64,000 nt of DNA from Candidatus Collierbacteria bacterium. GTDB taxonomy: Bacteria; Patescibacteriota; Microgenomatia; UBA1400; MFAQ01. Position 1 is the stretch's first letter. Every line of letters begins with the position of its first letter. The notes beneath the pieces were generated by a model that made no database searches, was not told where the DNA came from, and was given only the letters and a program-made list of their open reading frames with translations. The translations under genes were made by a program, and so were the position numbers. This document shows, piece by piece, positions 26,497-35,553 of this stretch. The DNA lies in NCBI GenBank assembly GCA_903884375.1, contig CAISER010000041.1, positions 9,164 to 73,163 of the forward strand, written 5' to 3'.

Positions 26497-27417
26497 TTAA
26501 AGCAGTTTATCGAATTCGGAAATGGTAAATTCAAAGACGTTTTCCAGATCTCCTTCCATAATTTCTTTGAGATTGTGCCAGGATTTGCCAATTCGGTGGT
26601 CAGTTAGGCGATTTTGTGGAAAATTGTATGTTTTGACTTTTTCGGCTCTCATTCCGCTACCTACGGCTAGGGAGCGCTTATCAGATAGGGTCAAAAGTCG
26701 CTTCTCTTCTTCTTTTTGCCAGATTTTGGAACGTATCATATTGAGAGCGATTTCCTTATTTCTGGCTTGATAACGTTCCTCGTGAACAAAAACAGTAATT
26801 CCTGTTGGTTTGTGGGTAAGTCGAACAGCAGTGTTGACTTTATTAACATTCTGACCCCCTGGGCCTCCGGCTCTGGTAAACTGCCAATCGAGGTCGGTTT
26901 CTTGAATTTCAACTTGTGTAGGCTTTACTTCCGGAAGTACCGCTACGGTAGCTGTAGAGGTCTGTATTCGCCCTTGTGCTTCGGTTATGGGTACTCTTTG
27001 AACTCGGTGAACTCCTGACTCATATTGAAACGTTTCGTAAGCTCCATGATTCCACAAAGTGCGATTGGGACGTGAGAATTTAACCACCCCATCATCAATA
27101 TTTTCGATGGTAAATCCTTTTTCTACCGCAAAGCGGGTGTACATACGAAGTAAATCCATGGCAAATATTTTTGATTCATCTCCGCCTGCAGCACCACGAA
27201 TCTCGACGATAGCAGGAGAATCATTGAAATTATCTGAAGTATCAACTTCACCCTCAAGACGATTATTGTTTAATAACAAGGAGTCGAGTTGTTTTTGAAG
27301 TTTTTCAACTTCGGATTTGGCAAGAATACCCAAATCGGGGTCATTTTCTAATGCTTTATTTGCCTTAATTTCGTTCTCGATACGAGTGATTTCTGATGAA
27401 ATATACGGATTATCCAT
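26497..27417 (-). CDS. prfA: peptide chain release factor 1
   Basis: GGQ motif ([22 protein letters not shown]). RF1-type codon-recognition region [19 protein letters not shown], the PxT-type tripeptide, here PIT. 306 aa. Confidence 0.8.
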   Translation of the reverse strand: MDNPYISSEITRIENEIKANKALENDPDLGILAKSEVEKLQKQLDSLLLNNNRLEGEVDTSDNFNDSPAIVEIRGAAGGDESKIFAMDLLRMYTRFAVEKGFTIENIDDGVVKFSRPNRTLWNHGAYETFQYESGVHRVQRVPITEAQGRIQTSTATVAVLPEVKPTQVEIQETDLDWQFTRAGGPGGQNVNKVNTAVRLTHKPTGITVFVHEERYQARNKEIALNMIRSKIWQKEEEKRLLTLSDKRSLAVGSGMRAEKVKTYNFPQNRLTDHRIGKSWHNLKEIMEGDLENVFEFTISEFDKLL

Positions 27418-27474
27418 AAGAATAGATTACATTTTATATTGTACAAGGTGAATTGTTGCGGAAAAGTTCTTAAT

Positions 27475-27810
27475 CTATTCTGTTATAGCTTCTTCGGCTT
27501 GAGATTTCTCTGTTTTAGCATCAGCTTTTTTCTTCGCTTCAAGCATTTCCTTTAAGGTTTTGGGATTGGAATCCAGTTCTTTCTTTTCTTTACCTTTTTT
27601 AACGTATCCTGAGGCTGCTTTACGTTTGGCAATAAATTTGTCAACTCTACCCATAGAATCAATAAAACGTTGAGTACCGGTAAAGAAAGGGTGACATTTA
27701 TCACAAACATCTACGTGAAGGACTTTGGATGTTCCACCCACGGTAAAAACGTTACCACAAGCACAAGTAACGGTAGTTTCTTGGTATTCTGGATGTAGAT
27801 TCTGTTTCAT
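27475..27810 (-). CDS. rpmE: 50S ribosomal protein L31
   Basis: [28 protein letters not shown]...[16 protein letters not shown], with the conserved CxxC...CxxC Zn ribbon, plus a basic C-terminal extension. Confidence 0.8.
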   Translation of the reverse strand: MKQNLHPEYQETTVTCACGNVFTVGGTSKVLHVDVCDKCHPFFTGTQRFIDSMGRVDKFIAKRKAASGYVKKGKEKKELDSNPKTLKEMLEAKKKADAKTEKSQAEEAITE

Positions 27811-27909
27811 AGCCTTTGTATTTTAACACATGAGCCTATTTTTGGTTAATCTGACATAGATATTCAGACGGATTGATCTTGTTATCCGATGGATAGGAAA
27901 ATGAAGTAA

Positions 27910-28782
27910 CTAACGTTTTTCGGAAGTAATGACACCAAAAATAATGAGTATTGTGGCAAGAATAGCTATAGGCGAAAAGGTTTCTTTAAGCCATAAAATT
28001 GAAAGGGGAATAGCAAAGGCAGGTTTTAGGTAGGTAAAAACAGCCGCTTCCGAAGCCTCAATGCGTTTTTGACCTTCTTGGTACGCCCAGAAAGCGATGA
28101 TGGAGCCACCAATAGCCATGTAAAGTATTCCTGGAAGTGCCAGAGGATTAATTAATAAAGGCGTCTTGCTTGAAACAGAAATGAAATAGAAAAACGGAAT
28201 ACTAAGAAGAAATGAATAAAAGGAAAGATAAATTGGGTTGGTTTGGATTTTTTTAGACAGAATAATAAAAAGAGTCCAGATAATATTACTGAGAATAATC
28301 AATAAGTTTCCCTGAACGGAGAGCCGAAGGTGATTTTGGCCGACGAGTAGTGGCTCTAGGGCAATAATAAATGTACCAATGATGGCGATAACAAGACCTT
28401 TCCACTCTTTTGGTTTTACTGTTTCTTTTAGAAAGAAATAACACATCAAAACCGTAAAGATGGGACTTGACGACTCCAAAATCGAAGCTTCAACTGCAGT
28501 TGTTTGATTTAGGCCGTAAAAAAGAGGAAGAAGACAAAGCGGTGTGCCAAGGAGGGCAATAATTATTGTTTGAAGATGGCTAATATGATGTTTTGTGTGG
28601 GTACGGTAAATTAAAAAAAATGGGAGAAAAATAACAGTGGCAAATAAATAGCGATACAAGAGAAACACAGAAGGAGATACGAATTGAAAAGAGTGCTTAA
28701 TAATTGGTGCAGAAAAACCCCAAAGAGCAGTATTTATTAACAGTATGAAATAAGCAATAGAACGGTTTTTTAACCGGGGCAT
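27910..28782 (-). CDS. EamA/DMT-family transporter
   Basis: About 10 predicted TM helices arranged as two 5-TM repeats. 290 aa. Confidence 0.6.
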   Translation of the reverse strand: MPRLKNRSIAYFILLINTALWGFSAPIIKHSFQFVSPSVFLLYRYLFATVIFLPFFLIYRTHTKHHISHLQTIIIALLGTPLCLLPLFYGLNQTTAVEASILESSSPIFTVLMCYFFLKETVKPKEWKGLVIAIIGTFIIALEPLLVGQNHLRLSVQGNLLIILSNIIWTLFIILSKKIQTNPIYLSFYSFLLSIPFFYFISVSSKTPLLINPLALPGILYMAIGGSIIAFWAYQEGQKRIEASEAAVFTYLKPAFAIPLSILWLKETFSPIAILATILIIFGVITSEKR

Positions 28783-28801
28783 TGTATTATTTTAGCTTAA
28801 C

Positions 28802-29440
28802 TTAGAGAGATTTGGCACGAGATATTGAAAGGGAGCCATTGTATTCTTTGATTATTCCCAGAATAGTTTGACCGGCTTTGTACTCGTCCAGCTTGACGGT
28901 AGATTTTTTTGAAAGTGATAGAGCTTGATCGATTCCATCAATTGAAAGAGTAACCGTTTTCTTTTTTAGATCAATGGCTGTTATTTTGGCTACCACTGCG
29001 GTAGTTTTTACTAAAATGGGATCATCTTTAATCACAGTAATTCTTTTGGCAGAAACGATGCCATCTTTAACGGAAGTGCCGATAACGATTATCTTGTCAT
29101 TAATAGCTAGAGATGTAAATTTAATGACAGATGACCCATCTTTAAGAAATATTGTTTTTGTGCTGGTGGGTACTTGGATTAAATTACCATGGGATTCAAG
29201 AGTTAAATTGCCTGAACTGATAGTGGTTATTTTACCGACAAAACCTACGAGTGATTGAAGATCTACTTTTTCTTTAAGTTTCGCTTCGGTGGTAGCTAGA
29301 TTTTCTTTGATTAATTGTTTTACTTGATCTGCCATATTGGTTGTTGGTTCAGCTGAAGGTGTCGCGGAAATGGCAAATATTCTGCGGGGAGAAGTAAAAC
29401 AAAAAGTAAAAACAATGGCGATTAATATTATTTTTTTCAT
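28802..29440 (-). CDS. hypothetical secreted/anchored protein
   Basis: Probable start at the internal MKKIILIAIVFTFCF signal/anchor (the track ORF extends to 29509). Beta-rich repeats follow (ITVIKDDPILVKTTAVVAKITAID...). Confidence 0.4.
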   Translation of the reverse strand: MKKIILIAIVFTFCFTSPRRIFAISATPSAEPTTNMADQVKQLIKENLATTEAKLKEKVDLQSLVGFVGKITTISSGNLTLESHGNLIQVPTSTKTIFLKDGSSVIKFTSLAINDKIIVIGTSVKDGIVSAKRITVIKDDPILVKTTAVVAKITAIDLKKKTVTLSIDGIDQALSLSKKSTVKLDEYKAGQTILGIIKEYNGSLSISRAKSL

Positions 29441-29441
29441 T

Positions 29442-29876
29442 TTATTCAGGCAAATTATCTGTATGGATAACAATAATCGATGCCGAGGAAGTAGCCTGAT
29501 TTTCGTCAACAGCAGTAACGCTTACCTGATTTTCTCCATTTATTAAATTGATTAACGATGTAAAGTTGCCGGAAGTATCAGCGGTGATAATAAGATCATC
29601 ATTTTCCGTAATAATAGCAATCGATGAATTAGGCTTAGCAACACCTTTAAGGGTGATTTTATCCTCAGTTATCACTGAGTTGTTTTGTGGATAAACGATT
29701 GATATTTGATCGTCTTTTTTGGGAGATAGGGTTGGGGTAGTCTGAGAATTTTTATCCAATAGATTGTCGATATCTTGATTTAAAATAGAGGATTTATTGG
29801 CTAAATTAATGCCATAAAGAATGATTCCTCCAAGAAGGACTCCTATTATCACGGCTAAAATAACTTCTTTGCGCAT
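29442..29876 (-). CDS. hypothetical membrane-anchored protein
   Basis: N-terminal TM (ILAVIIGVLLGGIILYGI), then a Ser/Thr/Asn-rich extracytoplasmic domain. Immediately upstream of the previous gene on the same strand. Confidence 0.4.
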   Translation of the reverse strand: MRKEVILAVIIGVLLGGIILYGINLANKSSILNQDIDNLLDKNSQTTPTLSPKKDDQISIVYPQNNSVITEDKITLKGVAKPNSSIAIITENDDLIITADTSGNFTSLINLINGENQVSVTAVDENQATSSASIIVIHTDNLPE

Positions 29877-30034
29877 AGTCTTTCGAGTGAAAGGATAACA
29901 GTTTGATAAGGGATTTGCAAGTTTTGATAAGTGTATTGTGATATGAGCTTATATATTTTAGATAACAATAAAAAACATTTAATTATTCTTTTCTGTTTGT
30001 AACATTTTTTTAATTTGTAGGGTATCATAGTTCT

Positions 30035-30700
30035 ATGGAAATCACATATTTGGGCCACTCATGTTTTAAGTTAAAAAATAAAGAAGGAATGACAGTTTTA
30101 ATGGATCCTTTTAATAGTCAAAGTCTTGGATTACCACTGGCAAAAGAAGTTGCTGATATTGTTACAATTTCTCATGGTCACGATGACCACAATGCGGTGG
30201 ATATAGTCACGGGGCCGGTGACACGTCAAAGTACATTTGTAATTGACAAAGAAGGTGAATATGAAATAGGTGGAGTAGAGGTTACGGCAACAAAAATGTA
30301 TCACGATAAAGTTGACGGAGCTGAACGGGGAAAGAATTTAATTGTTAGTATTAGAATGGACGGGGTAAATATTTTGCATCTTGGTGATTTAGGCCATACT
30401 TTGACCGATGCGCAAATTGAAAAAATTGGGTCGGTGGATGTACTAATGGCTAATGTTGGCGGACAAACATCACTAGAAATTGATGAAATGATGCACTTAG
30501 TTGGAGAAATTCAACCTTCATATATGATTCCTATGCATTATAAGGTTGATGGAATAAGTGAAATTTTTGCCAAAAAACACAGCTTGGAAGAATTTTTAGA
30601 TAAGAACAAGTTTTTGGTATCTGGCGAACCAGTGCATAAGATTAAAGTTGAAGAAGGAAATCTGCCCGACGATACACAAGTACTAATAATGAATGCCTAA
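30035..30700 (+). CDS. MBL-fold metallo-hydrolase
   Basis: ISHGHDDH (HxHxDH) metal-binding motif, followed by later His/Asp ligands. Confidence 0.7.
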   Translation: MEITYLGHSCFKLKNKEGMTVLMDPFNSQSLGLPLAKEVADIVTISHGHDDHNAVDIVTGPVTRQSTFVIDKEGEYEIGGVEVTATKMYHDKVDGAERGKNLIVSIRMDGVNILHLGDLGHTLTDAQIEKIGSVDVLMANVGGQTSLEIDEMMHLVGEIQPSYMIPMHYKVDGISEIFAKKHSLEEFLDKNKFLVSGEPVHKIKVEEGNLPDDTQVLIMNA

Positions 30701-32003
30701 CACGAGAATCCCACCTCATTCTGATGAGGCGGAAAAATCGATACTGGGAGCGATACTAATCGATAAAGATGCAATAGTAGATATTGCTGTTTTGTTACGT
30801 CCGGTAATGTTCTACAACGAGAATAATGGAACTGTTTTTGACGCGATGGTTTCCTTGTACGAAAACCGTGATCCAATTGATGTTTTAACGGTAGCCGATT
30901 GGTTAAAAAAATCCAAATTACTGGATAGAGTTGGTGGAAAGTCATATCTGTCGGAACTATCCAATGAAGTACCTGTTGCTTCTCATGTAAATAAGTATGC
31001 ACAAATTGTTCGCGAAACATATATTAAAAGACAGTTAATTTCAGCTGGTGCTTCAATGGGAGAGATGGGTTTTGATGAAAGTAAGCCTTTAGGGGAGATT
31101 CTGGATAAAGCAGAGCAAGAGATTTATTCATTATCACAGACTCACGTACGAAGATCATTTGTGCCAATTAAAGATGCTCTAGCAGAAAGTTTTGATCGTC
31201 TTGACTCGTTACAAAACTCTCCCGATGGTCTTCGTGGCGTTCCGACTGGTTTTTCAGATTTGGATCGAATGTTGGCCGGAATGCAAGATAGCAACCTTTT
31301 GATTTTGGCGGCTCGACCTGGAATTGGAAAAACAGCTTTCGCAACCAACGTGGCACAGTACGTGGCAGTAGAAAAAAAGATGCCGGTTGGTTACTTTGCC
31401 CTAGAAATGAGCAACTTGGAAATGGTTGACCGTATGCTCGTGTCACAAGCGAATATTGATGCATGGAAGTTAAAAACGGGAAATTTGAAAGATGATGATT
31501 TCGCCAGGTTGTCGGAAGGGATGGGAGTTTTAGCTGAATCTCCTTTGTATATTGACGATACTCCGGGGCAATCAATTTTGGAACTGCGTACCAAAGCCAG
31601 ACGATTGCATTCTCAGGTTGGCATGAAATTATTAGTGGTTGACTATTTACAATTGTGTGTCGGTGATAAAAGCTATGAAAGTCGCGTTCAGGAGGTTGGA
31701 GCCATATCACAAGGTTTAAAAAACTTGGCGCGTGAGCTTAAAATACCAGTGTTAGCTCTTTCACAGTTAAATCGTGGAGTTGAAAGTCGAACTGATAAAA
31801 CGCCTGTTTTGGCAGACTTACGTGAATCAGGGAGTATCGAACAAGACGCTGATGTGGTGATGTTTCTTTATCGAAATGATGAAAGCAATTTGGAAGATGT
31901 GAAATTAGCAGTTGCCAAACACCGTAATGGTGCATTGGGAACTATTGATCTTAAGTTCCGCGGTGATCGTGTTAAGTTTTATGGAGTTGAAAGAGGAAGA
32001 TAG
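30693..32003 (+). CDS. dnaB: replicative DNA helicase
   Basis: N-terminal PPHSDEAEKSILGAILID. Walker A AARPGIGKTAFATNVA. Walker B LLVVDYLQL. RecA-like motifs SQLNR and arginine-finger region. Confidence 0.9.
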   Translation: MPNTRIPPHSDEAEKSILGAILIDKDAIVDIAVLLRPVMFYNENNGTVFDAMVSLYENRDPIDVLTVADWLKKSKLLDRVGGKSYLSELSNEVPVASHVNKYAQIVRETYIKRQLISAGASMGEMGFDESKPLGEILDKAEQEIYSLSQTHVRRSFVPIKDALAESFDRLDSLQNSPDGLRGVPTGFSDLDRMLAGMQDSNLLILAARPGIGKTAFATNVAQYVAVEKKMPVGYFALEMSNLEMVDRMLVSQANIDAWKLKTGNLKDDDFARLSEGMGVLAESPLYIDDTPGQSILELRTKARRLHSQVGMKLLVVDYLQLCVGDKSYESRVQEVGAISQGLKNLARELKIPVLALSQLNRGVESRTDKTPVLADLRESGSIEQDADVVMFLYRNDESNLEDVKLAVAKHRNGALGTIDLKFRGDRVKFYGVERGR

Positions 32004-32007
32004 TATT

Positions 32008-32042
32008 GAACATTTTCTTAGTGCCGAGAGAGGGGATCGAGA
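32008..32042. repeat. 35-bp direct repeat copy (partner at 32152..32186) containing the tRNA-Leu 3' end
   Basis: tgaacattttcttagtgccgagagaggggatcga occurs twice, about 144 bp apart. The second copy is the 3' terminal 19 nt of tRNA-Leu plus about 15 nt of flank. Confidence 0.6.
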
Positions 32043-32165
32043 TTCGGTCAATACTTTGTATTGCCTCATCCTGCCTCACCAGGTTCGTTACGAAACTGGT
32101 TCCGGCATGTTCGTTCCCCTATATGACTAAAAAAATATTCACCACAAGGGTGAACATTTTCTTAG

Positions 32166-32248
32166 TGCCGAGAGAGGGGATCGAACCCTCACGGCCTTGC
32201 GACCACAGGTTTTTGAGACCTGAGCGTATACCATTCCGCCATCTCGGC
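32166..32248 (-). tRNA. tRNA-Leu (anticodon CAA), class II with long variable arm
   Basis: The minus-strand sequence has an acceptor stem GCCGAGA/TCTCGGC+A. Anticodon stem-loop CAGGT-CTCAAAA-ACCTG. T-arm GAGGG-TTCGATC-CCCTC. No CCA is encoded. Confidence 0.8.
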
Positions 32249-32309
32249 ATCATTCAATATTATACCCTAGTATAGGTTCAAATTTAGCGTTTGGTGGTAA
32301 AATATACGA

Positions 32310-32870
32310 ATGATTGACGTAAACAAACTAAAGGTTGGTGTTACTTTTACTGAGGAAGGGCAGCCGTTTCGGGTAATGAAATATGATTTTACTAAGATGG
32401 GGAGAGGTAATGCCACGATAAAAGTGAAAGCTAAGAACCTTTTTAATGGTTCTATTGTGACAAAAGGATATATCTCTGGCAATATGGTTGAGGATATTCT
32501 TTTGGAAAAAAAGCACTTACAATATTTATACAAAGACGATATTAATGCCTATTTTATGGACCCCGTGTCATTTGAACAGTGTGAAATTCCCTTGATTGTT
32601 TTGGGAGATGACGTCAAGTATTTAGTTGAAGGAGAAAAAGCCTGGGTTCTTTTTTGGGATGAAAAAATATTAGGTGTGGAGTTACAGGCAAGTGTGATTA
32701 TGGAGATTACAGAGACTGAACCAGGTGCAAGAGGAAATACCGTTAGTAATGTTCTTAAACCAGCTAAAACTGCTTCAGGGCTCACCGTAATGGTACCTTT
32801 GTTTATTGGTGTAGGTGACAAGATTAAGGTAAATACAGAGACAGGTCAGTATACTGCTCGATCTAACTAA
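32310..32870 (+). CDS. efp: elongation factor P
   Basis: MIDVNKLKVGVTFTEEGQPFRVMKYDFTKMGRGNATIKVKAKNLFNG. KOW-like N-terminus plus two OB domains. 186 aa. Confidence 0.85.
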   Translation: MIDVNKLKVGVTFTEEGQPFRVMKYDFTKMGRGNATIKVKAKNLFNGSIVTKGYISGNMVEDILLEKKHLQYLYKDDINAYFMDPVSFEQCEIPLIVLGDDVKYLVEGEKAWVLFWDEKILGVELQASVIMEITETEPGARGNTVSNVLKPAKTASGLTVMVPLFIGVGDKIKVNTETGQYTARSN

Positions 32871-32872
32871 AT

Positions 32873-33376
32873 TTATTTTAAAACGAGAACAATAAGGATT
32901 ACAAGAATTTGGGGAAGGATTCCCCAGAGTTTTTGTGGGGTGGAACGATGAACCCAGCCATGTAAAACGGCGAGTTGTTTAATTGGAAAAAATTTCATAT
33001 TAAGAAACAAATATGGGAATTCTAAAAAATCAGGAAGCAGACCCACAAACCAGCCAAGCCAAACGTGCCAATCAAGTGGATTGCCTACTTGAAAAACAAA
33101 ATAGACAAAAAGAATAGAAAGAGGAAAATCGAAAAATAATTCTTCCAAAAAGGCAGCCATCTTTGATTTCTTTTTTCGAGTAAGTCCTTGACCAATATCC
33201 CAATGTGGAACACGGTCTTCAACATAATGGGAAATAATTATTAGTGGGATACTAATGAAGGGATTGGGGATTTTAGAGGCTATAAGAGCGCCAGTGGCGC
33301 CATGGGCAATAGATAGCATGATGTTTTTTAGTATACAATATTTGGAGATGAATGAAGCAATTTTAAGAATAAACAA
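32873..33376 (-). CDS. hypothetical membrane protein
   Basis: 167 aa, hydrophobic. Fills the gap between efp and lgt, overlapping the lgt track ORF. May be spurious. Confidence 0.3.
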   Translation of the reverse strand: MFILKIASFISKYCILKNIMLSIAHGATGALIASKIPNPFISIPLIIISHYVEDRVPHWDIGQGLTRKKKSKMAAFLEELFFDFPLSILFVYFVFQVGNPLDWHVWLGWFVGLLPDFLEFPYLFLNMKFFPIKQLAVLHGWVHRSTPQKLWGILPQILVILIVLVLK

Positions 33377-34085
33377 TATTTCGATATATGGCTTTGGTTT
33401 GTTGGCTGTGTTGTCATTTTTATGGGGATCATTCGTTTTTTTTAAAAAAGCAAACGAATCAAATTTTGAGGATAAATTAATACTGGATAGTGTTGTTCTA
33501 TCGGCATTTTGGGGTTTTATCTTAGGCAGAATAGCTTATTCGATATTAAATTTGGCGACATTTTGGAATCATTGGTCTAGGTTATTTTTATTGACTAACT
33601 ATCCCGGCCTTAATCAATTTGGAGTTATAGCCGGTTTGGCTGTTGGGTTATGGCTATGTATCAGAAAAACAAAAGAAAAATTTTTGGATTGGTTTGATAT
33701 TTTGATTTTAGGAATATTTTCTGGTTCATCGATATATTATGCCGGTCTGGCGATAATGGTATTTATGTGGCAATTTGTGGTTATGTCGGTATTATTTTTA
33801 TTAACATTTGTTTATTTTTGGAATATTGAAAAACGATATAGAACATTTGATTGGTATCGGAATAAAAAAACATCAGCCAAATCAGGATTTATTGTTGGTT
33901 TTTCTTTATCGATGATGGGATTGCATTATTTGCTTGATAGATTGATTTTGAATAATTATTCCTGGAAAGCTGGATTGTGGTGTGGAATGCTGTTTGTTGG
34001 AGGCTTGATTTTAGTGTATATTAGGTCTGGCAGGACAATAAACGACGATTTAAAAATAATTTTAAAAAATGGAAAAAGACAGTAA
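33346..34085 (+). CDS. lgt: prolipoprotein diacylglyceryl transferase
   Basis: IYGFGLLAVLSFLWG resembles HWYGLMYLVGF. FWGFILGRIAYSILN resembles FLGGRIGYVLFYN. GVIAGLAVGLWLCIRKTKEKFLDWFDIL resembles [27 protein letters not shown] of E. coli Lgt. lspA lies downstream. Confidence 0.6.
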
Positions 34086-34458
34086 AAAAATATTTTTTCC
34101 CGCACAACTATTAAAACCTTTGGTGGCATATTTGAAAGGGGAACAAAAAAAATTAAAGGAAACAAAAAAAGAACTTAAGGAAGTTGATCCATTTGTTACA
34201 GGCAATCGAGATGCTGATAACTCAGTTGATTCCGACGTGGCGGAAAACGTTGAACATGATCGAGCGTTTGCAATGCGAAGACAGGTAGCTAAATCACTGA
34301 TTGCGATTCGAAAGACACTAACAAGAATTAAAGTTGGGAAATATGGTATTTGCTCTGAGTGTGGAAAGATGATTGATACGGATAGATTAGCTGTTTCACC
34401 GACAGCAGAGTATTGTATGGAGTGTGCCAAAAAAGCTGAGAAAAAAACAATAGAGTGA
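34069..34458 (+). CDS. DksA/TraR-family C4 zinc-finger protein
   Basis: C-terminal CSECGKMIDTDRLAVSPTAEYCMECAK four-Cys finger after a coiled-coil N-terminus. Confidence 0.7.
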   Translation: MEKDSKKIFFPAQLLKPLVAYLKGEQKKLKETKKELKEVDPFVTGNRDADNSVDSDVAENVEHDRAFAMRRQVAKSLIAIRKTLTRIKVGKYGICSECGKMIDTDRLAVSPTAEYCMECAKKAEKKTIE

Positions 34459-34844
34459 TTTTTATTGGTGCGTTTATTCTGGGATTAGATTTGATTTTAC
34501 AAGTAATTTTTAGATTTAATAATTTTGGTTTAGAAAATAGGGGAGTAAGCTTTGGGGTTGTTGCCGAAAACGGATTAAATATATCTTTAATAGTTTTCTT
34601 TATATTTATTGTTATTTATTTTTATCAACTACATAAATATAGAAAAATTTCCTTATTTTATTCTTTGATAGCCTTGGGAGGAGTAGGAAATATCATTAAT
34701 AGGTTAATTTGGGGAAGTGTTTGGGATTATATTTGCCTTCCTATTTTGCCTTTCTGTTTTAATTTATCGGATATTTTAATCTGTATTGGTGTTTTGTCGT
34801 ATATACTTGGAATTGATGGAAATAGAGATCCTTTTCGAAGATAA
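34455..34844 (+). CDS. lspA: lipoprotein signal peptidase II
   Basis: NRGVSFG motif and GGVGNIINRLIWGSVWDYI ... FNLSDILICIGV conserved boxes. 4 TM. Follows lgt. Confidence 0.7.
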   Translation: MIFIGAFILGLDLILQVIFRFNNFGLENRGVSFGVVAENGLNISLIVFFIFIVIYFYQLHKYRKISLFYSLIALGGVGNIINRLIWGSVWDYICLPILPFCFNLSDILICIGVLSYILGIDGNRDPFRR

Positions 34845-35544
34845 AGATACTTTGGTTATAAATAAGCCAGTTGGATTGGTGGTTAATCGGGCTGATTCAG
34901 TAAAAGATAAAACAGTTCAAGATTGGATTGAAGATAGATTGGGAGATGATTTTTTTCAGTATGATGATAGAGTGTTTCGTCAAAGAAGTGGTTTTTGTCA
35001 TCGATTGGATAAAGAAACAAGTGGTTGCCTGGTTATTGCCAAAAACCCTAAAGCGATGAATTATTACTTGAAGCTTTTTAAGAAAAGAAAGTTAAATAAA
35101 GAATATGTTGCCTTAGTCCATGGAAGAGTGGAACCCAATGAGGGTACTGTGATTCTTCCACTAAAACGAAGCTTAGTGGACCGGGAAAAATGGCAGGTGC
35201 ATTATGAAGGGAAAAGAGCCGAAACATCATGGACAGTATTAAACCGTTATAAATATAACAACTCAATGCATTGGAAGAATGCATTAACTTATCTAAGACT
35301 AAATCTAAAAACCGGTAGAACTCATCAAATAAGAGTACATCTATCATTTTTGGGATGGCCAATATTCGCAGATGAAAAATATTTAAATAAAGATTTGATT
35401 AGGCGAGATCGCGAGTTATTAAGTCACCATTTTTTACATGCCGAACAAATATCATTTAAATCATTTTCAGGAAAGGATGTGAAGATAATTGCTCCACTTC
35501 CCATTGATTGTGAGGTGTTGCTTAAGAGTATGGTTTCCGATTAG
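34816..35544 (+). CDS. rluD: RluA-family pseudouridine synthase
   Basis: ILFEDKDTLVINKPVGLVVN and the catalytic HRLDKETSGCLVIAKN motif. The start is taken at the internal Met (the track ORF starts at 34786). Confidence 0.8.
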   Translation: MEIEILFEDKDTLVINKPVGLVVNRADSVKDKTVQDWIEDRLGDDFFQYDDRVFRQRSGFCHRLDKETSGCLVIAKNPKAMNYYLKLFKKRKLNKEYVALVHGRVEPNEGTVILPLKRSLVDREKWQVHYEGKRAETSWTVLNRYKYNNSMHWKNALTYLRLNLKTGRTHQIRVHLSFLGWPIFADEKYLNKDLIRRDRELLSHHFLHAEQISFKSFSGKDVKIIAPLPIDCEVLLKSMVSD

Positions 35545-35553
35545 AATGATGTA

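Noticed and set aside
33255-33345. Extended N-terminus of lgt (track ORF starts at 33255)
   Set aside because: The first about 30 codons have no similarity to Lgt and overlap the minus-strand ORF. The conserved Lgt N-terminal motif begins right after the internal Met at about 33346.
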